A DNA stretch of 64,000 nt from Opitutus sp. GAS368 (GCA_945861645.1 CAMAVZ010000004.1:12051-76050), one strand, 5' to 3'; positions 51,027 through 61,286 are shown, counted from the stretch's first letter. Numbers and translations are program-made. Notes: generated by a model from the sequence alone, not told the origin.

Positions 51027-52040
51027 ATGGCCAAAAAATCCAAACTTGCTTTAACGCATCGTCCTCGTCGTCTCCGTCGGCAGCCGACGCGACGTGCGCT
51101 CGTCGCCGAGACGGTGCTGCGCGTGGATGATCTCATCGCTCCTTTATTTGTGGTGGAGGGGAAAGGGCGGCCTCAGCCCATTGCCTCGATGCCGGGGGTT
51201 AACCGGTTTAATCTGGTTGATCTCGTGCAGGAATGCGCGGAATTGCACGCCTTAGGCGTGCCGGCCGTAGCGCTATTCCCTAAGCTAGAGGCTGCGCTTA
51301 AAGATGCGACGGGCACCCAAGCGTTGAATAAAAATACGCTTATTCTTCGCGCTGTGCGTGCGGTGAAAAAAGCACTACCGACCTTAACCGTGATCACCGA
51401 CGTGGCGCTCGATCCGTATACGAATCATGGGCACGATGGCGTGCTCACCGCCCAGCAGGATGATGTGGATAACGATCGGACCGTAGGAATTCTTTGCCGC
51501 ATGGCGGTCCTGCAGGCCGCGGCGGGGGTGGATTTCGTGGCGCCCTCTGACATGATGGACGGGCGGGTCGGCGCGATCCGCCAAGCGCTCGATGCGGCCG
51601 GCTATACGAGCACGGGCATTCTGGCTTATTCCGCTAAATATAATTCAGCCTATTACGGGCCCTTTCGTGATGCGGTCGGCAGCGCCCAGGCCGCGGGTAC
51701 GCGTTTACTGAGCAAGGCGACCTACCAGATGAATCCGGCGAATCGTCGCGAGGCTCTCAGTGAAGTGGCTCTCGATGAAAGCGAAGGGGCGGATATCGTC
51801 ATGATTAAACCGGCGGGCCCCTACCTCGATATTATCCGGGAGGTGCGTAATGCTTCAAAAAAACCGATCGCGGCGTATCAAGTATCGGGCGAATACGCGC
51901 AAATTCATGCCGCGGCACGGCTCGGCTGGCTCGATCTCGTGCGTTGTCGTGATGAATCGTTGTTGGCCATCAAGCGGGCGGGGGCGGACATGATTTTAAC
52001 TTATTTCGCGAAGGATGTAGCAAAGGCCTTGGCGAAGTGA
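51027..52040 (+). CDS. hemB: Porphobilinogen synthase (Mg-type, no Zn-binding Cys triad)
   Basis: RPRRLR, DVALDPYTNHGHDG, APSDMMDGR, YGPFRDA, MIKPA, YQVSGEY. Confidence 0.97.
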   Translation: MAKKSKLALTHRPRRLRRQPTRRALVAETVLRVDDLIAPLFVVEGKGRPQPIASMPGVNRFNLVDLVQECAELHALGVPAVALFPKLEAALKDATGTQALNKNTLILRAVRAVKKALPTLTVITDVALDPYTNHGHDGVLTAQQDDVDNDRTVGILCRMAVLQAAAGVDFVAPSDMMDGRVGAIRQALDAAGYTSTGILAYSAKYNSAYYGPFRDAVGSAQAAGTRLLSKATYQMNPANRREALSEVALDESEGADIVMIKPAGPYLDIIREVRNASKKPIAAYQVSGEYAQIHAAARLGWLDLVRCRDESLLAIKRAGADMILTYFAKDVAKALAK

Positions 52041-52127
52041 CGCCAAGCCGAGGCGCTTTTTATTGGATGCTTCGCGTTAGCGGCCAAGTGAATCCCCGCG
52101 CAGTACAGCGGGGGATCTGCGCTGCCC

Positions 52128-53576
52128 TTAGCGCAGCTTGCTGTGCTGGCGACTATAGCCGAAGTACACCATGAAACCGAGGGCCAGCCAAATCGATAGA
52201 TTGAGCCAAGTGATGGTGGGTAGCGCGAACATTTGGGCGATGCAGATCACAATACCTAAGATGGGCACAAAAGGCACCCAGGGTGTCCGAAATGAGCGCG
52301 CGGCCTGGGGTTCGGTGCGGCGGAGGACCAGCACGCCGGCGCAGACGAGGGCAAAGGCCAGTAACGTCCCGATCGAGATCAGTTCGCCCAGAAGGTTCAG
52401 GGGAAATAAACCTGAAATAATCGCGCACGCGATACCGGTGATCCACGTGGTTACGTGGGGGGTGCCGTGTTTTGGATGGATCTTCGCAAAGGTCGCGGGG
52501 AGGAGTCCATCCTTGGCCATCGCAAAGAAAATGCGGGGTTGGCCGAGGAGGGAGACCAGAATGACGGACGTAAGGCCCGCGAGCGTGGCTGCTTCGATTA
52601 AGTAGCGAAAGAAAGCGGGCGCTTGGACCTGCTGCAGGGCGTAGATGAAGGGGGCGTCGACGTTGAGCTTGGAGTAGTGCACGAGTCCGGTGAGCACCAA
52701 CGATACCGCAATGAAGAGAAAAGAAACGATGAGCAGGGTTCCGAGTAAGCCAATTGGAAGATCACGTTGCGGATTTTTTGTCTCCTGGGCGGCGGAGGAA
52801 ACGCAGTCAAAGCCCACGTAAGCAAAAAAGATCGCCCCGGCGCCGCGGAAGATGCCACTCCAGCCATGTTCGCCGAAGACGCCGGAATTTGCGGGGATAA
52901 AAGGAGACCAGTTGGCGCGGACCAGTTCGCGGTGTCCGCTGAAATACCAAATCCCGTATCCAATTAACGCGAGCAGGACCCCGACCTTGATCAGCACCAT
53001 CAGATTATTGAAATTGGCCGATGCTTTGATCCCGATATAAAGGACGTAGGTTAGGACGAGTGAGATAAAAACGGCGGGAAAATTAATTAACGCCCCCGTG
53101 GTTACGAGCTTGCCGTTGACCACGTCAAGCGGGGCGCTGGCGATGCTCGACGGCAGCACCAGATTAAATTCTGCCAGGATGTGACGCGTCGCGCCGGACC
53201 AACTGACCGCCACCGCGGCGCCCGAAAAAAGATATTCTAAAATTAGGCACCAGCCGACGATCCAGGCAAAGATTTCACCTAAGCTGCCGTAAGCATAGGT
53301 GTACGCGCTCCCCGAGACGGGGATCATTGCGGCCAGTTCAGCGTAGCAAAGTCCGGCCAAGAGGCAGGCGAGGCCGGAGATGACGAAAGAAATGGCGATA
53401 GCCGGGCCGCCGTAGAGAGCGGCCGCCTGGCCCGTTTGCACAAAAATACCGGCGCCCACCACGGAGCCGATGCCCAAGCTAACCAGGCTGAGTGGCCCTA
53501 AGGTGCGTTTATAGCCGTGATCAGCCGCGGCTTCGGCTTGCAGGGCCGCGAGGCTTTTAGTCCGCAGCAGGCTCAC
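52128..53576 (-). CDS. APC-family amino acid permease (paralogue 2)
   Basis: GIGSVVGAGIF, CYAELA, SGSAYTY, FFAYVGFD, PRIFFAMAKDGLLP. Confidence 0.93.
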   Translation of the reverse strand: MSLLRTKSLAALQAEAAADHGYKRTLGPLSLVSLGIGSVVGAGIFVQTGQAAALYGGPAIAISFVISGLACLLAGLCYAELAAMIPVSGSAYTYAYGSLGEIFAWIVGWCLILEYLFSGAAVAVSWSGATRHILAEFNLVLPSSIASAPLDVVNGKLVTTGALINFPAVFISLVLTYVLYIGIKASANFNNLMVLIKVGVLLALIGYGIWYFSGHRELVRANWSPFIPANSGVFGEHGWSGIFRGAGAIFFAYVGFDCVSSAAQETKNPQRDLPIGLLGTLLIVSFLFIAVSLVLTGLVHYSKLNVDAPFIYALQQVQAPAFFRYLIEAATLAGLTSVILVSLLGQPRIFFAMAKDGLLPATFAKIHPKHGTPHVTTWITGIACAIISGLFPLNLLGELISIGTLLAFALVCAGVLVLRRTEPQAARSFRTPWVPFVPILGIVICIAQMFALPTITWLNLSIWLALGFMVYFGYSRQHSKLR

Positions 53577-53577
53577 G

Positions 53578-55038
53578 TTATCGGCCCGATTTGTTCAGTT
53601 TGCTGTGGTGGCGACTGTAACCGAAGTAAATCGCGATGCCGATCGCCATCCAGATGGCCAGCCGCCACCAAGTGTCAGCGGGCAGGGCATACATTTGCAG
53701 CAAGCAAATACCCGCGCCGAGGATGGGCACGAGCGGCACCCACGGGGTCCGGAACGGCCGCGGGGCATCGGGCCGAGTTTTGCGCAGCACGATGATGCTG
53801 ATGCAGACGATGACAAAAGCGAAGAGCGTTCCGATCGAGACCATTTCCCCGAGGATGGAAAGCGGCATCAGCCCACCGAGAATCGCAGAAAGTACGCCGG
53901 TTATGATCGTGGTCACATAAGGGGTCTTAAAGCGTGGGTGCACCTTGGCAAAGAACGCGGGGAGTAGGCCATCATTAGCCATCGAGAAGAAAATGCGGGG
54001 TTGGCCCATGAGCATGACCAAGATAACCGAGCTCAGGCCCGCGATGGCCGCGATTTCCACCACAAAGCGAAGGGCAAATGGGGCGCCGGCGGCTTGCAGG
54101 GCATTCACGACGGGGGCGGCGTTATTTAGCTCCGTATATTTCGACATACCCGTTAAGATGACCGAGATCGTGATGAAGAGCACGGTGCAGATGAGCAAAG
54201 AGCCGACGATGCCCATGGGCATATCTTTCTGCGGATTCTTGGCCTCCTGCGCCGCCGTCGAGACGGCATCGAAGCCGATGTAGGCGAAGAAAATAACGGC
54301 CGCGCCTTTAAAAATTCCACTCCAACCGAATTCACCGTAAGTCCCTGTGTTGGCGGGAATGAAAGGGGTCCAATTTTTTACGGCTAGGTCGTGGTGGCCG
54401 AGGAGATACCAAATACCAAAGCCGATAATGGCCAACAGTATAGACACCTTAGTGACGACCATGTAATTATTAAAGGTGGCTGATTCTTTGATGCCAATCA
54501 CCAAAAGCCAAGTCAGCACGGCAATGATCCCGACGGCGGGAAGATTGACGAGGTGGCCGGTGCTGACGAGCTGGCCGTTGACATAATCGAAAGGCGCTTG
54601 GGTCAAATGGGCTGGCAGGATGATATTAAATTCCTTTAAAAAAGCGACGAGGTGGCCGGACCAGCCGACGGCGACGGTGGGAGCCACAAAAAGATATTCC
54701 AGGATTAAATCCCAGCCAATGATCCAAGCGAAAAATTCGCCGAGGGTCGCGTAAGAATAGGTGTAGGCGCTGCCGGAGATCGGAATCATGGCGGCAAATT
54801 CTGCGTAGCAAAGTCCGGCAAACAAACAGCCGAGCCCTGAGATCACAAAAGAAATGGCGATAGCTGGACCCGCATATTGCGCGGCCGCTTGACCGGTGAG
54901 GACGAAAATTCCAGCGCCAATAATTGCGCCGATGCCAAGGCTAACGAGATTCATCCGCGAGAGGCTGCGGCGAAGGCCGACATCCGCCGCGGCTTCTTTT
55001 TGGAGGGACTCGATCGATTTAGTTTGGAACAGACTCAT
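53578..55038 (-). CDS. APC-family amino acid permease (paralogue 1)
   Basis: GIGAIIGAGIF, CYAEFA, FFAYIGFDAV, E.KNPQ, PRPFRTP. Confidence 0.93.
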   Translation of the reverse strand: MSLFQTKSIESLQKEAAADVGLRRSLSRMNLVSLGIGAIIGAGIFVLTGQAAAQYAGPAIAISFVISGLGCLFAGLCYAEFAAMIPISGSAYTYSYATLGEFFAWIIGWDLILEYLFVAPTVAVGWSGHLVAFLKEFNIILPAHLTQAPFDYVNGQLVSTGHLVNLPAVGIIAVLTWLLVIGIKESATFNNYMVVTKVSILLAIIGFGIWYLLGHHDLAVKNWTPFIPANTGTYGEFGWSGIFKGAAVIFFAYIGFDAVSTAAQEAKNPQKDMPMGIVGSLLICTVLFITISVILTGMSKYTELNNAAPVVNALQAAGAPFALRFVVEIAAIAGLSSVILVMLMGQPRIFFSMANDGLLPAFFAKVHPRFKTPYVTTIITGVLSAILGGLMPLSILGEMVSIGTLFAFVIVCISIIVLRKTRPDAPRPFRTPWVPLVPILGAGICLLQMYALPADTWWRLAIWMAIGIAIYFGYSRHHSKLNKSGR

Positions 55039-55087
55039 GGGGTAGTGGGTTAATTTTCAGCCGAAGATTTAGGCGAATAAGTTTAAA

Positions 55088-55693
55088 TTAGAAGGCTGAG
55101 CGGGGAACTTGAATCGAATCCCCGGGAAAGAGCAGGGGGTCTTGCTCGGGTTGGCGTTGGGCCAGTTGCACATCAAAATCAGCCGCTTTACGATCGCGCG
55201 TGAGGGTCACGCGCGATTCTTTCGCGTAGAGCGTGAATCCGCCGGCTGATTGCACCGCTTTCGCGAGCGTGAGGTCAGGTGACCAGATAATCCGGCCCGG
55301 CCGCTGCACCTCCCCGCCGATGTAAATATAGCGTTCGGTAACGTTTACTGAGACGTCGAGGGCTTGATAGAATTTTTTGTTAATGTAGGCGTCGCGAATG
55401 CCCTGGGATAGTTCGGAGGCGGTTAGCCCAGCTGCGGTGATGGCCCCGATGTACTGCAGGCGGATGCTACCTTGTTCGTCAATTTGGACATTGTTGTTGC
55501 TGGGCTCGGGAATGCCGAGCAGCGAGACCAGCATGGTGTCACCCGGCCGCAATTGGGCCGAAAGGATGGGCGCGGCTATCTTGGGATTGCCGAGCCGAGC
55601 GCTGGTCTCTGGGCTGGGCCCAGCGGTTGCGCAGCCTCCCACCGCCAAGGTGAGGAGAAATAACGGAAGGCGTTTCCAGCAAAGCGGCGGCAT
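55088..55693 (-). CDS. Polysaccharide export (Wza/OPX-like) lipoprotein with SLBB domain
   Basis: Lipobox VGG-C, LRPGD, IG.I.AAGLT, GEVQRPG, AGGFT, PGD.I.VP. Short form with no adjacent wzc. Confidence 0.85.
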   Translation of the reverse strand: MPPLCWKRLPLFLLTLAVGGCATAGPSPETSARLGNPKIAAPILSAQLRPGDTMLVSLLGIPEPSNNNVQIDEQGSIRLQYIGAITAAGLTASELSQGIRDAYINKKFYQALDVSVNVTERYIYIGGEVQRPGRIIWSPDLTLAKAVQSAGGFTLYAKESRVTLTRDRKAADFDVQLAQRQPEQDPLLFPGDSIQVPRSAF

Positions 55694-55803
55694 GCGTGAA
55701 ACGTAACTGATTGATCGCCCTCGGTGTGGCAACAAACCTTTTAGTTGGGCTGACCCTAAGATGATCAGAGTGAGATTTCCTCGGTGGGGGTCACTCGACT
55801 AGA

Positions 55804-56568
55804 TTAACCCCGGCTACGTTTACCGCGGCTAGGTTTTTCCTCGGCATCGTCGCCGTCATCGTCCTCAGAATCTTTATCTTCTTTTTCCGGCTTGGCCTCG
55901 CCTTCTTCCTCATCGTCATCCCATTTCAGCGAGGCGTCGCCCTTGAGCTTAGCTTCTTCGCCTTCTTCCACCTCAGGGAGATCATCATCCTCATCTTCCG
56001 CGGAACGCTTTTGGGTTTCGTCTTCATCATCGCCGTGGCCGGCCGGCATGAAATCGAGGATGGCCGTGATTTCCTGAAACAGATGGACGGCTTTGCCCTC
56101 GATGAAATCATTATTTTGAGCTTCGCGGAGTTGGTCTTCCACCTCGTCGATGGTGAGTTTCTCTTCAAAATTGAGGAGATCGTTGAGCAGCTTAACGCGG
56201 AGGCGGGTAATGTGGTCGAGAAAATCGGCGTAGGGCCCATTTTCTTCATCGATCACATCGGGCAGGGCAAAAAGTTTTTCTTCGGACTCGAGTAAAGGTT
56301 GTTTGGTCCGAGCGAGCCGGACGCGGCCTTTGCCGAGATCCTTGTTAATGCGAAAGGGAATGAAGGCGCGTTCGAAAAGATTGGCGTCGAAGCCGTATTC
56401 GCGGAGCGGTTCAACCAGCTCAATAATATGATCCACTTGCCGGGGATCGATAATGCTGAGGCCGTCTACGTCCCAGTGGACGGGATCACTCGTTTCCCCG
56501 ACCCACCAATTATGGTCTTCGCCGAGCCGGACAATGCACCATTCAAGAAGAGGAGTTCCTTTCGCCAT
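55804..56568 (-). CDS. Hypothetical protein with highly acidic C-terminal tail
   Basis: Long ORF with protein-like composition. TTGACA lies 48 nt upstream of ATG 56568. No recognisable family motif. Confidence 0.85.
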   Translation of the reverse strand: MAKGTPLLEWCIVRLGEDHNWWVGETSDPVHWDVDGLSIIDPRQVDHIIELVEPLREYGFDANLFERAFIPFRINKDLGKGRVRLARTKQPLLESEEKLFALPDVIDEENGPYADFLDHITRLRVKLLNDLLNFEEKLTIDEVEDQLREAQNNDFIEGKAVHLFQEITAILDFMPAGHGDDEDETQKRSAEDEDDDLPEVEEGEEAKLKGDASLKWDDDEEEGEAKPEKEDKDSEDDDGDDAEEKPSRGKRSRG

Positions 56569-56780
56569 ATAGTTAGAATTCGCTGCACGAAAACGGTTCG
56601 GTTCCATCCTTGTCAAATCTTGAAACGCATAATCGCATAAATTCTTTTACCGCCGTGCTCGTAAAGAAATTTTTGGCGGCAGGGTGGGCCGGGGGGCTGA
56701 AATAACAAGATCAAAGATTTTGCCCCCGGGTCGCCGGCGCGCGCTTGTAACTTAGCGCATCAATGCCAGCGTTTTCGCCC

Positions 56781-57842
56781 ATGGGTTGGCTTTATCAAAA
56801 CGCGATCAAACCAGCGCTCTTCTGCCTCGATGCAGAGCAGGCGCACGAGCTGAGCGTGCATGCGCTCGCCTTACTGGGGCGGGTGCGTCCGCTTTGTGCT
56901 GCCCTCGAGCGGCTCCACCAACTGCCCGCGGCGGCCTATCGACCGATTGATTTCTGTGGGCTGCAATTTCCTAACGCCGTTGGCCTGGCCGCCGGTTTTG
57001 ACAAGAATGGCTGGGCTTGGCCCGCGGCGGCTGCTTTGGGCTTTGGGCATGTGGAAATCGGGACGGTTACGTGGCACGCGCAGCCGGGTAATCCGCGACC
57101 CCGGGCTTTTCGCTACCCCGCCGAGGGCGCCGTGATCAATCGTATGGGTTTCAATAATGCGGGAGCGGCCGCCTTGGCGGCGCGGCTGGCTCGATTGCCG
57201 GGGCCCGGCCAACGACCAATTCCGCTCGGGATTAATTTAGGTAAAAGTAAAGTAGCCACGCTCGATCAAGCGACCGAAGATTATCTCGGTAGCTTTCGCT
57301 TACTTGCCGATCACGCCGATTACCTCGTCGTTAATGTAAGTAGCCCGAACACTCCAGGGCTGCGCGAATTGCAGGATGCAGCTTGGCTGAAACCGTTGCT
57401 CGCGGCGCTGGTGGCCGAGAATCAAGGGCGCGGCGCGGCGGGTAAAATGCGGCGCCCCTTGTTGCTGAAGATCGCGCCGGATCTCACTTTTTCGCAAATC
57501 GATGCCGCTTTGGGCGTGATCGATGAGCTGAAGCTGGATGGTATCATTGCGACCAACACCACGCTGGCGCGACCCGGCGCACTCGCCACGGTTAACCAAG
57601 CGGGCGGGCTGAGCGGGTGGCCGGTACGGTCGCGCTCCACCGAGATTATTAATTATATCGCGCGGACCACGCAGGGACGTCTGCCCATCATCGGGGTGGG
57701 TGGCATCATGGACGAGGTCTCGGCCGGCGAAAAAATGGATGCAGGGGCGTCGTTAGTGCAGCTTTATACTGGTTTGATTTACCGCGGGCCATTTTTTGCC
57801 GCGGAAGTGGCCCGCGCCCTAGCGGAACGGCAGCGAAAGTAA
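56781..57842 (+). CDS. pyrD: Dihydroorotate dehydrogenase (quinone, class 2)
   Basis: GLAAGFDK, GNP.PR, INRMGFNN, NVSSPNTPGLR, KIAPDL, TNTT, GGLSG. Confidence 0.96.
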   Translation: MGWLYQNAIKPALFCLDAEQAHELSVHALALLGRVRPLCAALERLHQLPAAAYRPIDFCGLQFPNAVGLAAGFDKNGWAWPAAAALGFGHVEIGTVTWHAQPGNPRPRAFRYPAEGAVINRMGFNNAGAAALAARLARLPGPGQRPIPLGINLGKSKVATLDQATEDYLGSFRLLADHADYLVVNVSSPNTPGLRELQDAAWLKPLLAALVAENQGRGAAGKMRRPLLLKIAPDLTFSQIDAALGVIDELKLDGIIATNTTLARPGALATVNQAGGLSGWPVRSRSTEIINYIARTTQGRLPIIGVGGIMDEVSAGEKMDAGASLVQLYTGLIYRGPFFAAEVARALAERQRK

Positions 57843-57922
57843 GCTGTTCTTCGTCGGTCCGGCGGTTCCGCGCCGGTGTGCGCGATCAATTTTTTGGTTC
57901 TTAAAACCGAAAGGCCCCGCCA

Positions 57923-58840
57923 TTAAATCATCCAATCGCTGGCATCCACGCCGAGCGGATCTTTTTTCTGGCGGGGACGAATCACGAGATCTTCACCTTT
58001 ATAATAAGCGATGCTGTGCGCCGGGACAGATTCGAGTAGCCAAACATTGCCGCCGATCACCGTATGCGCCCCGATGCGCGTGTCGCCGCCGAGGATCGTG
58101 GCATGCGCATAGATGGTCACATGATCTTCAATGTCGGGATGGCGCTTGCCGCCTTTGATGGGGAGACCGGCACCATCGACCTCGAATGATTTGGCGCCCA
58201 GGGTTACTCCTTGATAAAGTTTTACGTGGTGCCCGATGGTCGCAGTCTCGCCGATGACGACCCCCGCACAGTGGTCGATAAAAAAATGTGTAGCGATTTG
58301 GGCGCCCGGATGAATATCCACTCCCGTGCGCTCGTGCCCGTATTCGGTGAGCATGCGGGGCAGCAGCGGGACTTGCAGTTGATAGAGTTCATGCGCAATG
58401 CGCTGGAGGGAGATGGCGAGGACGCACGGGTAGGCGACAATGATTTCTTCTACGCTGCGAGCGGCGGGGTCGCCTTCGTAGGCCGCGGTGACGTCCGTTT
58501 GCACGACGCGGCGGATTGCGGGTAATTGGGTCAGGAGATCGGTGGCGATCCGCCGGGCGCTGCTGGTGGGGTCAGCATCACGCGAGAAGCGCAGGCTTTT
58601 TTCTAATTCCGTGGTTAGGCGCTGGTCGATCTTGGCCAAGAGACGATCCAACCAGGCCGGGACATCTTTTTGGGCTAAGCTGCTTTGTTCGAAATAACCG
58701 GGAAACAGCAGATGCATAAAATCACGGGCCAACTCCGCCACGCTGTCTTGGGATGGCAAGTTGACTCCATCGAGATGGTTGATGCCCCCATCTCGCGCAT
58801 AAGATTCCAGCAGGGCTTGTTTAATCGAGTGGGGGTTCAT
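57923..58840 (-). CDS. cysE: Serine O-acetyltransferase (EpsC-type)
   Basis: GDPAA, RIAH, TGVDIHPGA, FFIDH, YQGVTLG, KRHP. Confidence 0.93.
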   Translation of the reverse strand: MNPHSIKQALLESYARDGGINHLDGVNLPSQDSVAELARDFMHLLFPGYFEQSSLAQKDVPAWLDRLLAKIDQRLTTELEKSLRFSRDADPTSSARRIATDLLTQLPAIRRVVQTDVTAAYEGDPAARSVEEIIVAYPCVLAISLQRIAHELYQLQVPLLPRMLTEYGHERTGVDIHPGAQIATHFFIDHCAGVVIGETATIGHHVKLYQGVTLGAKSFEVDGAGLPIKGGKRHPDIEDHVTIYAHATILGGDTRIGAHTVIGGNVWLLESVPAHSIAYYKGEDLVIRPRQKKDPLGVDASDWMI

Positions 58841-59029
58841 GGCTGAAAGGCGTTAAACACTATCAGGCGATTTAATCCACCGGTCAAATGTGTTGGGGCG
58901 GATCTTCGTCATATCTAGCCCAGCGACTGGCCGGTGTGATCTTCGCCGTAAAGAATCAAAGCCCCCGCTGAGCGTGATAGCTTCTACTGGAAAATGTTTA
59001 CAGATGCCGATTTCCTCATCGAGGAAAAG

Positions 59030-59114
59030 TGGTGCTCGGGACAGGACTCGAACCTGCACGCCTTACGGCACACGCACCTCAAACGTGTGTGTCTACCAAT
59101 TCCACCACCCGAGC
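59030..59114 (-). tRNA. tRNA-Leu(GAG)
   Basis: GCTCGGG/CCCGAGC acceptor, CACGT-TTGAGGT-GCGTG anticodon arm, long variable arm GCC-GTAA-GGC, TTCGAGT loop, ACCA end. Confidence 0.96.
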
Positions 59115-59298
59115 GTTCCAACTCTGGAAGGGTGAGATAGGTAAATCCATTCCGGCTTGTAAAGCCCCGAAATGCGCTTGCTTCGAGGTTTCTTCTATGG
59201 GCAAACTAGGTACTTCTCGCACATCTGACCTGATGCTGCGGATCACCAAGCACACCTCCGCAATTACACGGGTTAACTACGCCCGTTTTCCGCCCTTC

Positions 59299-61218
59299 AT
59301 GGACGATATCAAGCCTGCCAACGAATCCAACGACTCTGGTTTAAACAAACTTGACCTGAGTCAGTTGCAATCTTTCAGCTTCGGCACCCAGTGGTCAGAA
59401 GTTAAGCCCGTGTCCCCCGCCGGACGCCGTGAACGCGATTTCGATCGCCCCGGCCGCCGCGATGACGCAGGTGGGCATGGGGCGCCGCCTCGTGACCGCC
59501 GCTCGTTTCAAAAACCGAGTGGCCCCGGCCCCACTCCTGCTGGAGCTGGTTTTGCCCCTGGCGCTCCGAGTCGGGAAGGTCAGCCTCAAGGTCTCGACCG
59601 TCGTCGCTTCGACCGCGGAGCTCCTCAAGCGGGTGACCGTCGGCAAGATTTCCATGGTGAAGATCGCCGCGAGGGCGGTGGTCAGTCATTCGATCGGGGT
59701 CCTTACATTAGTCCCTATTTTGTGGCGACTTGCTATCCCGAGGACACCGGCTTTGCGGCCATGGTGAAAGCGGTTCGCGCCTCCTGCCGTACTTATCAGC
59801 TGTTCGAGATCACGAAAGCGGTCCTAGAGAAAAATGATCGCTTCATTGTCGTGCTCCAGCGCGCTCGCGCGGAGCGGCCGATGCGTCAGAGCCGCGCCCC
59901 AGAAGGAGCGGCGGTCGCCGAAGGTTCGACGGAGTCGGCGAGCAAGCCGGCGCAGGAAAAGCTCAACCCGATGTACATGTCGCAGCCTGATCATCTGCCT
60001 TTCGATACGGAAGAGGCGGCGATCCAACACGTCTTGAGTAATAATCTCGGCGCATTTTTCGACCTGCAGGAAGTGGAGATTGAAGCCCCTAAGGGAAATT
60101 TCCCCATTATTAATAAATGTGGAATTACCGGTGAATTGCTCGGGCCACCGAATCATCATCGGTATCAGCAAGTTTTACAGCAGCATCATGAGGCTAAACT
60201 CAGCCGCCTGCCGTTTGAGCGCTTTAGGGAAAGCATTATCTCAGCGCGCGAACCTGAGGTGCTCGCCGCTTGGATGGAAAAAATGAAAAAAGCCACGCGC
60301 TATACGTGGAAAACGCCGGCGGCCAAAGTCCCCGTCGTGGCCGCGAGCGAAGCGGCGGCTCCCGCTGAGGCTAACACTGCAGCGGCTGCCGCACCCGAGA
60401 CGGTGGTCCCAGTGGCGGAGACTCCCGCGCCGGACGCTCCTCCTCCGATCAGTTTCGACACCGTCGAGGAAGCTCGCCTGCATCTGCTGGCTAACGTTCG
60501 CGACAAATTAGTGCGCGCCGTCGAGAATGTGCGTTTCCAAGGCAAGTTGATTGAGAAACTCCCTGTGGGTGAAATTCGTCGCGCGCTGGAGGGCCACGTC
60601 GAACGCCAGCGGCGTTTCCCGCTCGACACCGCCAACGCGCTCCGCGGTCGTCTGCGCCGCGAGAGTTTTACGATCTTTAAGAAAGGGTCCCGCGGCGTCT
60701 CCTATGTTTGCGCCGTTAAACGCCGCTTCCGGATTCCAGGCCAAGTATTCTCTGAGACCATTACTAAGCTCATCGATTTTATTGAGAAAAATCCGATGGT
60801 GCACATCAAGGATCTGCCTAAGAGTTTTTTTGCTATCGAGATTCCCGTAGCAGCACCGGTTGCCGCGGTTCCGGCCGCCGAGCCCGTAGCGCCAGCAGTT
60901 GCTTTGACGTCTGAGCAGTCAGAAAAGCTGCGCAAGATGAGCAATGATCTTCGTTGGCTCGTCATGGAAGGCTACGTCACCGAGTTCTCGGACGGTAAGC
61001 TATTTGCCCCGCCGCCCATGGCGCCCCAAGCCGCGAAGCGCGCTGAGGCCGGCGAAGACGAGAACGACCCGGTGGATTTCCCTGAGGCCCCGAGTGCCGC
61101 GGCGGCCCCAGTTGCGGTCGTCACCGCTCCGGCCACGGTAGTTGCTGCGACGGCTGCTGAGCCAATCGCGGCCGCCGCAGTTCTGGTGGCGCCAGTGATT
61201 GAAGAGCCCAAGCCGTAA
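59299..61218 (+). CDS. Large hypothetical protein with Arg/Gly/Asp-rich disordered N-terminus and Ala/Pro linkers
   Basis: Long ORF followed by a terminator. ATG at 59299 chosen because the longer start overlaps the tRNA. No family recognised. Confidence 0.85.
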   Translation: MDDIKPANESNDSGLNKLDLSQLQSFSFGTQWSEVKPVSPAGRRERDFDRPGRRDDAGGHGAPPRDRRSFQKPSGPGPTPAGAGFAPGAPSREGQPQGLDRRRFDRGAPQAGDRRQDFHGEDRREGGGQSFDRGPYISPYFVATCYPEDTGFAAMVKAVRASCRTYQLFEITKAVLEKNDRFIVVLQRARAERPMRQSRAPEGAAVAEGSTESASKPAQEKLNPMYMSQPDHLPFDTEEAAIQHVLSNNLGAFFDLQEVEIEAPKGNFPIINKCGITGELLGPPNHHRYQQVLQQHHEAKLSRLPFERFRESIISAREPEVLAAWMEKMKKATRYTWKTPAAKVPVVAASEAAAPAEANTAAAAAPETVVPVAETPAPDAPPPISFDTVEEARLHLLANVRDKLVRAVENVRFQGKLIEKLPVGEIRRALEGHVERQRRFPLDTANALRGRLRRESFTIFKKGSRGVSYVCAVKRRFRIPGQVFSETITKLIDFIEKNPMVHIKDLPKSFFAIEIPVAAPVAAVPAAEPVAPAVALTSEQSEKLRKMSNDLRWLVMEGYVTEFSDGKLFAPPPMAPQAAKRAEAGEDENDPVDFPEAPSAAAAPVAVVTAPATVVAATAAEPIAAAAVLVAPVIEEPKP

Positions 61219-61239
61219 GCTCGGGGTGCATTCATTTGC

Positions 61240-61268
61240 AAAGCCCGCTTTTACGAGCGGGCTTTTTT
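61240..61268 (+). terminator. Intrinsic terminator (probably bidirectional)
   Basis: AAAGCCCGCT...AGCGGGCTTT with T-tract, between convergent genes. Confidence 0.85.
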
Positions 61269-61286
61269 ATGCCCACGCGGCCTCCA

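Noticed and set aside
58841-59029. Integration site or att remnant after tRNA-Leu (likewise after tRNA-Gly)
   Set aside because: No integrase and no duplicated tRNA 3' end seen in the window.
59029-59298. N-terminal extension of the 729-aa ORF, and the 2967-3245 ORF
   Set aside because: These are antisense translations of the tRNA genes.
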